Origin: Octopus sinensis | Lineage: Eukaryota | Assembly: GCF_006345805.1 (NCBI RefSeq) | Contig: NC_043000.1 | Coordinates: forward strand, 40,486,001 to 40,550,000 | DNA length: 64,000 nucleotides | Direction of reading: 5' to 3' | Shown here: positions 49,076 through 61,899 of the stretch, piece after piece | Numbering within the stretch: position 1 is the stretch's first letter | Layout of the letters: each line of letters opens with the position of its first letter | Translations under genes and position numbers: made by a program | The notes under the pieces: model-generated | The model's input: only the letters and a program-made list of their open reading frames with translations | Told to the model about the DNA's origin: nothing | Databases searched by the model: none

Positions 49076-49335
49076 CTTAATGATTGACAGGGGAGGTAAG
49101 CTCTCTCAGCGCCTATGCATAGCCAGATCACAGTGATTTAATATTTATATTAATGCTCGTTTAGGAAATCAGCGTATGATTTCTATGATAATCTTTATAA
49201 ACTGACAAGGCAAGTTGAGTTTAACCCAAGGTGCTAGGTGAGAGTCACCGACAAGCATAAATATAAATGCGAAATCACTGTGATCTGGCTATGCCAAGGC
49301 GCTGAGGGAGCTTGCTTCCCTTGTCAGTCATTAAG
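49076..49335. repeat. Inverted-repeat element with ~85-bp arms
   Basis: CTTAATGATTGACA.GGGA...CATAGCCAGATCACAGTGATTT / AAATCACTGTGATCTGGCTATG...TGTCAGTCATTAAG. Confidence 0.8.
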
Positions 49336-49428
49336 AAAGGTGCTTCTTGTGGCTCTGAGTTGCTTTAACTCTTATTTCTAGGAGTATTGGTGCTGACTAT
49401 TGCCTTCAGTCACTTTAATGACGTACAC

Positions 49429-49469
<41 letters not shown>

Positions 49470-49472
<3 letters not shown>

Positions 49473-50076
49473 ACAATTTAACAAATAAAACATATGCATA
49501 CATACATACATACATATATGTACATACCTACATCTATATGTATATATACATGCATATATATATATATATATGTATGAGTACAGGACACCACAAAAAAACG
49601 CAGAACACAACGAGAAACGAAAACATAAAAACAAACAAGGAAACGGACTTTTTTAACAACGAAAAAACAGAGTACAAGACAAACAATACAAGGAATATTC
49701 CCCTTCATCAGCTGCCCCTGGTTCGACTCAATGCGTGTTTCGAAGGTAAGGGCAGAACACGATCCGGCCGAAGTAGTCCTTCCTGCAAAATGAATTAAAT
49801 AAAATTTTTTTGCAGAGGGGTAAAAAAAGAAAAAAAGTGACAAGAACAGGACGTAAAAGCAATACAAATAAAAATACAGTACACATAAAGAATAAAAACA
49901 GGTCAAGGAAACCAACATTGAGGGCTTTTTTAAGCCTAGACGGTGGAAAAATTCGTTGGAGCACAGTTCAGAAAATCGACTTGCTAGAGACAGAATAAGT
50001 CGGTGTTGACTTGTTGAAATCTGCGAGCGAAAGAAAGTTAGTAGTCCGGTCACCGGCCAGAGAGAGGAGGAGGAGT

Positions 50077-50118
<42 letters not shown>

Positions 50119-50220
50119 GAAACAAGAAAGAGTGAAAAATAAGGAGAGAAACAGTTAGAGAGGAAGACAGACAGGCAGGAAGGAAAGGTCAAGTAAAGGG
50201 TTAAAGAGTGCGCGTCATAA
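49470..50220 (-). repeat. PLE-terminus-like repeat, longer copy of 35720-35995
   Basis: Shared terminal ~270 bp; abuts (TA)n. Confidence 0.65.
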
Positions 50221-50489
50221 TCATTAATAATAAAAACTTAGCTGAAGGATTAAAATTAATCAAAGGACATACTAAATATGCCTACCTGCTGGAAATAACA
50301 GTCAAAATTCGTATTTAGACATACTCAGTATGTCCTTTGATTAATTTTAACCTTTCAGCTATTTAATGCTTTTGGGGGCCTTCAATCGCCTATATTATTG
50401 ATTCTGTTATTATTATTTTTAATTGTTACTCTAGATAATAACAGTATCAGTAATATCTTCGCAAATATTTCTCCTGAATTATTTGCTCC

Positions 50490-50554
<65 letters not shown>

Positions 50555-50876
50555 GTTATTTGTGGGTTAATAAAGCAACCAACAGTTTCATTTAACAGGC
50601 ATCTCTTTACAATTTTCAAGTTTGCCACTTGGAACGTTGGCACTCGTCTCCATTAGACGTGTACCTAAATTTCCATGTAACATGCTTTACATGAAACCAC
50701 TGACAGCTTGGTTAACCCATAAATGAATAAATTTATTATCCATCAATGCGGTGTTGGGCACTCATTCTCACTGCTTGATAGTTGTGTGTGTGTGTTTGTT
50801 TTTGCGTGTGTGAGTGTATGTGTGCATCTGTGCGTGCGTGTGCATGTGCGAGTGTGTGCGTGTTTGTGTGCACGCG

Positions 50877-50908
<32 letters not shown>

Positions 50909-50909
50909 G

Positions 50910-52950
50910 TAGTTGGATCTGTTGGATCACCGCCACCCACTTCGATTGGATGCTCTGATCCATTTACCAAGAAACACAAACTCTTCGATGTTCTTCTTCA
51001 GAATCATTCCGTGTCATCAATTTCTAGATAGGTGACAAGATCTTGCACTTTGCAAAATTTATTTGCACGTCCCATTTTTATATGCTTCATCTAACTATTT
51101 AGTGGATATTTTTAAATTACTAAAAGCTGCTCAGGTTAAAGCAGTATCATCAGTGTATTTAATGTCTGTGGAGGGAGTGTTTGTGAGTACAAGACAAATT
51201 TTAAGAAGATGCTGAAAAGGAGTAGAGGGTATCAAACAATCTTGTTTCAGACCCATACGAACTTTAAACCAACCCGTCAGCTGATCCTCCACAACCACAG
51301 TACGCTCTATATTGTAGATAATTCTATAAGTCGTACTAATTTCGAGGTTCTATGCTTATTGCTGTCATTGCCTTCTATAGGATTTTTCTCTCAAGTTTTA
51401 CTTAGCTGAGCCTTTAGAAAGTTTAATCTCTCTCCTGCTATTCCTTCGGTTATATTTTTTATTCCTTTGTGATGGGCTCTACTAAAACGCCATCTTGTAA
51501 TGTTCGGAGTTTGGAATATCACCCTCTTTATATATGTTTTATCACTATAGATCCGGCAGTTTGATGTCCTTTCTGTTTTCCCTGTGTTTTATTACTGCAT
51601 GTAGCCTATTAATCCTGTGCTCGCCTCTGTCTTTACAGAGGCTTTATGGTTTTTCTGTTCCTTTGATTGTTTTTACTATTTCTATTTTTATTTTGTCTAC
51701 TAGAATATCCGCCACAGATGGAATATCCAGCATGACTAATATAATTTCCTGGTTGTATAGGAATTTACCATTAAGAATTTACTCGAAATAATCTCTCCTA
51801 CATTGTGCATGTATGCGTGTCAGCTGTATTAAGATGCATGTCACCGTTTATATCTTTGATTGCACTGAATATTTTTCTTCTGCTCTTACTTTCAATTTCA
51901 TAGACTAACTTGAAACTGTCGTGACTATTAATCTCCTAGAATCAGCTTCTAGTAATTCTATTTTGTCTTACTGATTTTGGTTCTTTTATAATTTAACAGT
52001 TGTTTTGAACATTTTGCTAAATTCTCTGTATCATTCTGGTCGAATTATACCGTCAGAGTTTTTCGGTTTGCTGTTCTAATTCTTCGCTTTGTTTCTCTGG
52101 TTCATATATTGTCCTTATTTCTGATGGTCGACCCGAAATTTCAGGCCAACGGTTTCTTCTATTATTTGTGTATTTTCTTCTTTAAAAAGACACACGTATT
52201 TCATCTATGTCACCAATCTCAAACGAAAGCAAGTCTGTAAAACTATCATTTTCTGTGTTTCAAACCAAGCCGTTTAGCAACAATTTTGTTCACGTCATAT
52301 CGATTTGATATTTTTATTTATGTAACATTTGGCTTTTTATGTAACATTTCAAAATTTTCGAAGAGAAAAAAAAAGAAAAGGTCAGAAGCTAATCCAGCCA
52401 ATTGTCCTTTTTATTCTCTCGCTCTTTTTAGTTTGGCTTCTACTTTTCTTGGATATCGTCATCTTGATTCAAGGTCTGGTTGTCGAATGAGATCGATGTT
52501 ACTTGCCTTTTCAGTGAGTGGTGGAACAGACCACATGCACAGGGGTGTTTAGTTCGCAGAACTGCAGTAATTCTTATCCGCACTTCTTTACTTTATCAAG
52601 ACCATATTTTACTGTAACATTTGGTCAGTTCTTGCACTGATTTTCTCCTACTTTTGCGCTGAAATGTTCAATGCTCGTGCCACTGCTGGTTTATTTTTCT
52701 GCTTGGAGGGCATCAATGAATTCATATGATACTACATCATTGTAACTTGTGGCAAAGATTTGAAAAATGACTACTGTTCCTGCGGTATCGTTATAAACTC
52801 TCATTAAGCTCTCAGAGTAGTATTAGCAGGATGTGATCCTTTGTTGCGAATTCTTTCCCTATTATTATAGCCACATGTCTTTGAATGTAATCTGTTTTAT
52901 ATGACTGAATGAAAATATGTTTTTCCACTTCAAATGCTTGTGGTACGCTG
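50910..52950 (-). mobile_element. RTE-like LINE relic (APE to RT)
   Basis: Minus strand: IFQIFATS...HFSAKVG (APE, ~52790-52645), MGLKQDCLIP (~51255-51228) and IKYTDDTAL (~51165-51138). Confidence 0.7.
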
Positions 52951-53079
52951 TATGTCAGAGACATTAAGAACCTTAATTTCCAAATTCGTCATGTTATCGA
53001 CCGATTCTACCTAATATTCAACATTTGTGGTCAGTGTTCTCACATTTCACGTAGTGACATACGTAGCCAGGAAATTCTT

Positions 53080-53125
<46 letters not shown>

Positions 53126-53269
53126 ACACGCACACACACACGCACACACTTTCTCTCTCTTATTCTTTCTCTCCCCATCTCTATCTCTCGCTCTTCCTCT
53201 CACTACTGTGCTCGGGACTTAGCGCTACTGTTTTTGTTAAAAAAACTATATACTAAAATTATATGGCTG

Positions 53270-54330
53270 GACACTTATGGAATCCCAACCACGTTTCGTG
53301 GTTCGCTACCTCAACAGCTCCTTTATAGGACCCAGTGGCTAAAGACATCATCTGGAGGAACCACATCCGGTTCCGGCCCCTAGTCCTCTACCGTTTTCAA
53401 TGTTGCACTCCCACCTCCACTTTCGGAGGTGTCTTCAGCTCTGGTGTTGAGTGCGTTTTTTCTTTCTACTTTTTTCTTTTGTTCTTTGGTTTCTTCGATG
53501 CAGCGTCAACAAATGTCAGTGGGCGGGCGAATGACCATCCTACCAAATTTCCTATTAAATACTCGAATGTTCTGATCTTTCGAATACCCTAGCATCATTA
53601 CTGTCCTTGCCCTTCTTGCCTTATATTCTTCGTCGATTGATGTTATCGGTAGTTGCAACACGGGTTTTCCATATACTGCAGTTGTATTGAGTGGTTTTGG
53701 AAGATCAAGCCATTTTTCTGATAAATATACTGCATCTTTGTTCCATCCTTTCTACTCTACACGAGGCTATTTCGTACATTTGTACTTGGGTACAGTCAAA
53801 ATTGCAGTATCCAACATTTTAGTTTCGCCGATAATGTTGTTCTGTCAATTCCTTTAATTCCTGTTCCACTAAACCGTGTGTTTTTTTTTTGTTTTTTTTT
53901 GCTTAACTTTTTATCATTTAGTAAATCTCTGTATCATCTGCCGAAACTCTTTACTGGTTGTTCTTTCACCGTTGGTATATCTTCACCTCCTATCCTGAAT
54001 TTCACTTCTTTTTGGACTCTTTTCACGAAAGCCACGCTTCGAGATTTTTTAGCTTTGAATCTTATTTCCGCCCATCGTATTAGTTTATCCAACCGCTCTA
54101 ACGTTTCATCTGCTGCCTCCCTACTTTCTGATAAAGTAGTAGCGTCGTCCATAAAAGCCCTTAATGGTGACTTTGTGACAGATTTCTGACACTTTGTTGA
54201 TCATAGTAACATCTCTATGACTAGCACAGATAAGATGACTGATATCGTGTATCCAGCTGCAATTCCTATTTCAAGTCGTTGCCACTCTGTTGTGAACTTT
54301 CCTGTTGTAAATATCATCCTCAATTTATCG
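53270..54330 (-). mobile_element. Hero/NeSL-like LINE RT relic
   Basis: GIAAGYTISVIL; SPLRAFMDDATTL..RFKAKKSRS; YGKPVLQLPITSIDEEYKARRAR..SKD. Confidence 0.7.
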
Positions 54331-54521
54331 TAGTAACACATGAGTATTCCTTAGACAGTGACGCTGGTCATTTATTCCTAGAATTGCCTTTACTGAAATA
54401 TTCGTTCACTGCTTTCAAGTACGCAGAGTACTGCTGCTTCTTAGCATTATACCCTTTGGCTTGGTCTATGAGCCAAGAGATTGACTCAGAGTATGGCATC
54501 CCTCCAAGACATTAAATAAGA

Positions 54522-55110
54522 AGGTGGACTGGCAGAATTTTAGAATATTTGATCGGCTCTTTATGTTCTGCGTTCAAATTCTACCTATGTTGGCTTTGCC
54601 TTTATTGATAAAATAAAATAACAATCAAGTACGGAGTGTCAATTCAATCGAGTACTTCTTAAAAAATTTCAGGCCTAGTCTTCTATATTAGAAACAAATA
54701 GAATCAGTGGTTTAGCAGAACCATTTAAGTGTCAGAATAAAGCCGTGTGTTTCTTCTGGCTCTTTACGTTCTAAGTTCAAATTCCGCCGAGTTCATCTTT
54801 GCCTTTCATCCTTTCGGAGTCGATGGAGTATGTGTGTTTCTTTGCTTTGCTTCATATCATCTAGTAAATCTCTGTACCATCTGCCGAAACTCTTTACTGG
54901 TTGCTCTTTTACCGTTGGGATCGATAGATTCAACTAACACTTTCTCCTCAAAATTGCCGGCTTTATGTCCAGATCAGAAGCAATTAAAGGCAGCGGGCTG
55001 AAAGAATCTGTAGGGCGTTGCGAAAAATGCTTTGTACGGCTCTTTACATTCTGCTTTCAAATCCTGCCAAGAGCAACAAACTTCGTCTTTCGACTAATTA
55101 AAGCGTCAAT
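54522..55110 (+). mobile_element. Three tandem degenerate SINE family B copies, the middle one carrying a LINE fragment
   Basis: Repeated GGCTCTTTA.GTTCT..GTTCAAAT motif at ~54555, ~54758 and ~55038. Confidence 0.7.
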
Positions 55111-55303
55111 CCAAGTAAGATTCATCGTCGAACAAGGTGCCGACCAACACCGCTGGTGGACTCCTGTGTAGCGATATTCTCAGGCTGTATTGATGGGAAA
55201 AATTACATCCACATGCGGTTGCATATTTTAACTTGCTTACTTGTCCACAGAGTACTACAGTTACCTGGTCCTTGTACATGCCATCTACCTGTTCCGTACA
55301 CAC

Positions 55304-55341
<38 letters not shown>

Positions 55342-55667
55342 CGTGCGTATGCGCGTATGTGTGTGTGTATTTATATATACATCCATATATACATATATGT
55401 ACATATGCATACATATACATACACACACGTATATCAATACACACACACACACACGTATGTATATGGGTGGTTGTGTGTGTGTGTGTGTATGTGTGTGTGT
55501 GTGTGTGTGTGCGTGCGTGCAAACATAAATGCAGGTATGCAGATTTCAAAGTCAAATAGACAGACAAGCAGGCAGCCAGGCAGGCTAGCAGGCGCGTAAG
55601 CAGGTATGAGGGTAGACAGACAGACAGACAAACAGACAGACATACAGACAGACAGACAGATAGAAAA

Positions 55668-55761
<94 letters not shown>

Positions 55762-56049
55762 GTGTTTGTGCCCCTGTGAGAATGTATTTTACGCATCATA
55801 TTGTGTGTATAAATAAGTGTGTATGCATGTACGCTTGTAAGTATATGTCTGTATCTACCTGCATATGTGTGTATGTATTTGCATGTTTATTTGTATGAGT
55901 TTATGAATGTGTGTATGTGTATGTGTGTGTGCGTGCGTGTGTGTGCGTGTGTGTGCACGCGCATGCATACATGCATGTGTGAGCGTATGTTGATTGAAAA
56001 CACAACATCTGGAATGTTCTGTTAAATCATTAGCTGAGTATTACAGTAG

Positions 56050-56700
56050 ACACACCACCACCACCATCACGAGTACACCACCACCACTACCACCACCTAC
56101 TACCTACTACCACCGCTACAGTAGCATTATCATCACCTACATTCCCAACAAATCTGCCATAACCACTACCACCACCACCACTACCACTACCGACAGCACC
56201 ACCATCACTACAACCATCACCAACGCCATCATCCTCACCTACACTCCACACATTTTACCGCGAAAACCTCCGACCCCACCACTACTCCTACCACCACCAC
56301 CACCACTTCAAACACTACCATCAGCACCCCATCACTACCACCCACCATCACCCCACCCACCATCACTCTACCCACCATCACCCCACCCACCATCACCCTA
56401 CCCCACCAACCCCCATCACTTCCCCCAACATCCACTCTACCATCATCATCATCACCACCACAAGCTCCACAACTATCTCCACAATCATCATCACCACCAC
56501 CACCACTATCTCTGATACCACCATCAACACTGTTCGCTGCATCAGCTTCACCACCATCACTATCTCCGTTACTACCACCACCATCACCACCACTACCACT
56601 AACTCCACACCACCATTATCATCACTCTCGTCACTACGATCAGCACTACCCCCACAGCCACCGGCACCACCACATTGCCACCACCGCCGCCCCATCCATT
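56050..56700. repeat. (CCA/CAC)n cryptic trinucleotide repeat
   Basis: Direct observation. Confidence 0.9.
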
Positions 56701-57019
56701 CCACCCTACCCCATCCCTAATCTTTACGTTCCCTACCAACAAAGGAGCCTGAACATAGATGTTTGCCGTGCTGGAATGAGCAGCCAAATCCTCCTCAAAT
56801 CCCAATGTACCTTGTTATTTAAGACTACATAAAGTAGTCTTAAATAACCTTAAAAAGAAGTCGGGATGTCCACGGCTGGAAGATTTTGGGTAATATGTGT
56901 TCAATCAAACCTGACCTTAGGCTAAACGAGCAACATCTGTCCTCACCCAAACTTTATCACACCAACATTACGACCTACAAAACCTTATACTCCCTGCAAA
57001 TCCACACCATATACTGCTC

Positions 57020-57960
57020 CCTCACCCAAACCACTACTCCCTATATTTCTAGCAAAACAACTACTTTTTTTATATTCCTTATGAACCTGCAACTTCATAT
57101 ACAACGCCCCCCCCCCACACACAAATTCAACCTTCTCTAAGCACTCAGAACCTCTACTCCCTATATTTTTTACAAAATGACTACTCCCTATACTTCTTAT
57201 AAAAACCCTAATATTCACTAAGAGACCTACACTCACTCAATTCCCCCACTCCCAATATTATCTAAAAAAATCGATATCTCCCGAGACTACCTAAAAAAAA
57301 ACTTAATATTCTTTAAAAGACCTCCACTCGCTAGACTCACTCAAAGCCCCTACTCCGTTTATTTTTTTACAAAATGATAACTCCCTGCGAAATTGCTGTT
57401 CCTGATATTCACTCTATATTCACTCAAAACCCCTACTCCAAGTATTTCTTGCAAAACGATTACTCTCTATACTCCCTATAAAATCTTTAATAATCTCCAA
57501 AAGACCCTTCTCCCTATAGTCATTCAAAGTCGTTACTCCATATACAAAGTGATTCCCCGCCCCCATATTCCCTATAAACCCACAATTCCATACACATCCC
57601 CTCAAATCCTCTGCTCTCTATAAGCTCTCAAAACCATTAATCCCTATAAAAACCGCTGCTACCTCTCCACCCTATACTCACTCAAAACTCCTATTCCCTA
57701 TATTTCTAACAAAAAGACTATTCTCAGTACTCTCTATAAAACCCCTAATATTCCCTAAAAGACCTCCGCTCCCCATACTCATTCATATACTTTCTATATT
57801 TCTTACAAAACGACTACTCTCTTTACTCCTTGCAAAACTCGTACTCTATACAACCCCCAAAAACCTTTACTCTTTACAAACACTCAAAACTAGTACTCCC
57901 TATATTTCTTCAAAATAACTACTACTTATACTCTCCACAAAACTTCTTTTACTTTATATA
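57020..57960. repeat. Degenerate minisatellite
   Basis: CACTCAAAACCCCTACTCCCTATATTTCTTACAAAA.GACTACTC motif recurring about 8 times at irregular spacing. Confidence 0.8.
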
Positions 57961-58142
57961 CCACCTATAATACTCTCTGCTCTCTCTCTACAAGGATACT
58001 TCTGCCGTTCCCACCATCACAGAATAATCTTACCACCCAAACTAGCTTCCTCTCGGCCAAGTTTCTCTCGAATTTTGTCCTTCCATATTTATCGTTCTTT
58101 CCCATATTTGTTGCAGTCATTGGACTGAGGCCACGCTGGAGC

Positions 58143-58174
<32 letters not shown>

Positions 58175-58184
58175 ACTCATATTA

Positions 58185-58400
58185 CTAGGGGGGACTGAAA
58201 AGTTCCTGACTTTAGGTAAAAGAGAATACAAGAGGATCAGTTAATTATGATTTTATCCAACATATTCCCCTTTCAGATTCACAATTATTGCAGCGGTTCT
58301 TTAGTTTTTCTCAGCCCTGTAAAAAAAAACTTGGAAGGTTGAGCTTCCAAACAGTCTTTTCGCGTTACCCTTAAAACCAGGAACTTCCCGCCCCCACGCA
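58185..58400. mobile_element. Mariner-derived MITE
   Basis: GGGGGACTGAAAAGTTCCTG / CAGGAACTTCCCGCCCCC imperfect TIRs; TIR resembles the 62170 element. Confidence 0.6.
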
Positions 58401-58457
58401 CGAAAGTGTGTATGTATGCATGTATGTATGTATGTATATATATATATATATATATAT

Positions 58458-58666
58458 CTTTTACTCTCTTTTACTTGTTTCAGTCATTTGACTGCGGCCA
58501 TGCTGGAGCACCGCCTTTAGTCGAGCAAATCGACCCCGGGACTTATTCTTTGTAAGCCCAGTACTTATTCTATCGGTCTCTTTTTGCCGAACCGCTAAGT
58601 GACGGGGACGTAAACACATCAGCATCGGTTGTCAAGCAATGCTAGGGGGACAAACACACACACATA

Positions 58667-58700
<34 letters not shown>

Positions 58701-58860
58701 TACGACAGGCTTCTTTCAGTTTCCGTCTACCAAATCCACTCACAAGGCTTTGGTTGGCCCGAGGCTATAATAGAAGACACTTGCCCAAGGTGCCACGCAG
58801 TGGGACTGAACCCAATACCACGTGTTTGAGCAGCAAGCTTCTTATCCACACAGCCACGCC
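58458..58860 (-). mobile_element. SINE family A, full length
   Basis: Reverse complement of 40440-40860. Confidence 0.9.
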
Positions 58861-59039
58861 TTTTGCCTATTTCGATTAAAATACACAAATTAATATAAAT
58901 AACACGTATACATAGCGACGATGGGCACGGCTGGAGCGCTGGTCAGACGGTAAATTTATTTATGTCAGAAAATACATCAGATTTTCCCCCTCCCCCACCC
59001 TCCACCACCATCGCCGTAATTACAATTACCACTCAGCGA

Positions 59040-59773
59040 CCAATTATTATTAAGGTCTCCTCGATTAAGACTGACCCTGGGGCGACGGGGACTACACCGC
59101 TACAACAATAACAACCGCTATTACTACCACTATTTGCACCAGTACCACTACTATAGCCGTATCAACCACATCCACCACTTCCACTACTATTTTCATACAC
59201 TGCCGCGAACAGCTTGACACCACAGCGACAGCAGTTCCAACTCCACCACCACTATTTCATATTGCTACCACAGCAACAAGCCGCCGCCACCACCACCACC
59301 ACCACATCCACCTCCACCATAACCACCACCACAACCACCACCACCATAACCACCACCACCTAGCACTACCACTACTGTTTATTCATCAGTACCCTTTCCA
59401 TTTTGTGATGTCCCCCCCTCCTCATCTATGCCCCCGTGGCTAATAAAAGAAATTATTATTATTATTATTATTATTGTTGTTGTTGTTATTACCTACCTAA
59501 ACTAATGCCACCATCCCCACTACCACCACCACCATCGACGATCTGTCACCACCATACAACAGCCATCACCACTACCGCCTTGTTTGTCGGCTCCAAGAAC
59601 AACCACCACCATTACCATTATCACTACCACCACTACCGTCGCCACCACCACCACCACCACCACTGCTGTTACTACAAACCATCACATTGTTTGTCCGATA
59701 CCATCACCATAACCTTACCTAACAATCCCTGGCCACCTCTACCACCGCGACCACCGCGACCACCGCGACCACC

Positions 59774-59807
<34 letters not shown>

Positions 59808-61090
59808 TCATCAACTCAGCTTTGTCAACATTAGCACTACTTTCATCACCGCCATTACCACCACCACCACCACCACCACCACCACAACAACAACAACAAC
59901 AACAACAACAACAGCAGCAGCAACTAGCAGCAGCTCAGCATCACCAACACTACCACCACCACCACCACCACCACCACCACCACCATCACCACCACCGCCC
60001 AAAAGTAACAACACTGGTACAGTCACCACCACTGCTACGTCGTCCTCAGTCCAAAACGGAAAAGAGACCATTACCACCACTACCACCACCATCATCACCA
60101 CAACCAGCACCAGCACCACAACCACCACTACCACGACCACCACTACTACCACTACCACCACTACCACCACCACTTTCAACACCAGCACTACCGCCATCAC
60201 CGTCACCACCACCACCACCACCACCACCACCACCACCACCACTACTGTTATCACCACCGCTACCACCTCTAGAAACACTACAGCCGGCACTATTACTATT
60301 ATGACGACGACGGCGGTGTCAGTAGCAACTATCACCACCACTACCATTACTACTATCATCATACCACTACTATCATCATTATCATCACTAACATCATTTC
60401 TAACACTACCATCAATGACACTGTACCTTTAACTACCACTACCAACGTAACATTACCACCACTACCACCACCACCACGATCATCACCACCTCCACCACCA
60501 CTATCAACTGCAGCACTATTGTTACCATAATCACCATTACAGCTATTATCTCCACCGCCACCAAACCACCACCACCACCACTACCACCACCTCTACCACC
60601 ACAAACAATAACAACAAAAACAACCACTCTACCATTAATATCCTTATCACCATTACCATTGCTTTCATCATCACCACCACCACCACCACCACCACCACAA
60701 CCACCACCACCGTTACCACTGTAGCTCTGCTACCACCTCCAAATACCACCATCGCCACCATCACCAGCCCCTGCTCCGAAAACATCACCGTAACTCTCTC
60801 TTGGCCACACACCCCCTTCATCATCGCTTGCATTGTTAATTTTACTCCTACCATCACCACCACCACCACCACCACCACTAACAATCACTAACGCGCTACC
60901 ACTGCAACCGTTATTACCATCAAAACCACCACCACCACCACCACCACCACCACCATCATCATCATCATCGTTAATGCCGACACTATTATCATCACTACCA
61001 CCACCATCACCATCATCATCGTTAATGTCGCCACTATTAGCATCACTACCACCACCGCCGCCACCACCATCACTGGTGTTATTTATCATC
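59040..61090. repeat. ~2-kb cryptic (CCA)n/(CAT)n/(CAA)n low-complexity region
   Basis: Direct observation; contains a Tx1-like 3' tip GTGGCTAATAAAAGAA(ATT)n at ~59385-59470. Confidence 0.9.
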
Positions 61091-61583
61091 ACTTCCTTTT
61101 GTTTTTCTTTTTTTATCTAAAATATAAGAATTTTGTTGCGGAAGTGGATGCTGGTGCAGTGCACATGGCCTCAGTTGAACGGTTAATGTTTGGTTTGAAT
61201 GTTTGTAAGTTTATGGATGAAATGGTAGGGGAGGTTTTTTTGCATAGGAATGCTATTTATACAAAGAGGAAGGGAGACATATGTTACGAATGGTGTTTTG
61301 GGGGAAAGGAGTTGAGACAGTAGAAAGTGGGGTGGGAATGAAGTTTGGGAGAAATGAAGACATGGGTACAAATAGCTGTTGGTATGTAATTAGAAAATTC
61401 AAAGAGAGAACAGTGGCCGTTACAGTAACGGTAGAAAAGGAAAAGGAGGTAATAGTTTGTAGTTAAGAAGCATCTTATTTATTTATTTATTTGTATAGTT
61501 ATATTTTTCTTTTTCTGGCAGATGGACTGTTTTACTGAATGCATTCTAGAATGTGTATTCATTTGTATGAATGCAAATGTGTG

Positions 61584-61682
<99 letters not shown>

Positions 61683-61899
61683 TATGTGCGTCTGATCGGG
61701 TAACTATTTGAGTTATTCGCTTCACAATGGTGAGATTTCGGGTTTCAATCCACTACGAGAAATCTTAAGCAAATGTCCTTAGCTGCAAACAAGCTACGTT
61801 AGTGAAATCAGGTAGACGGAAACTTTGTGAGAAGCCTGTCTGGTGGATTTGGGAGTGGGGGATATGTCAGGGAGAGGTACCGCCCAATGCCCTTCGCAT

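Noticed and set aside
49695-49750. Permuted hammerhead-like motifs on minus (CGAAAC...CTGATGAAGG; similar at 35945-35992)
   Set aside because: Stem I cannot be paired in either copy, so no type II/III fold is supported
53283-53325. CTGTTGA..GAAAC on the minus strand
   Set aside because: No stem I; better explained as the hairpin AACCACG-AAA-CGTGGTT
59436-61120. Pro/Gln/His/Val-rich ORFs such as 59822..60304
   Set aside because: Open in several frames on both strands because (CCA)n lacks stops; no domain or splice evidence
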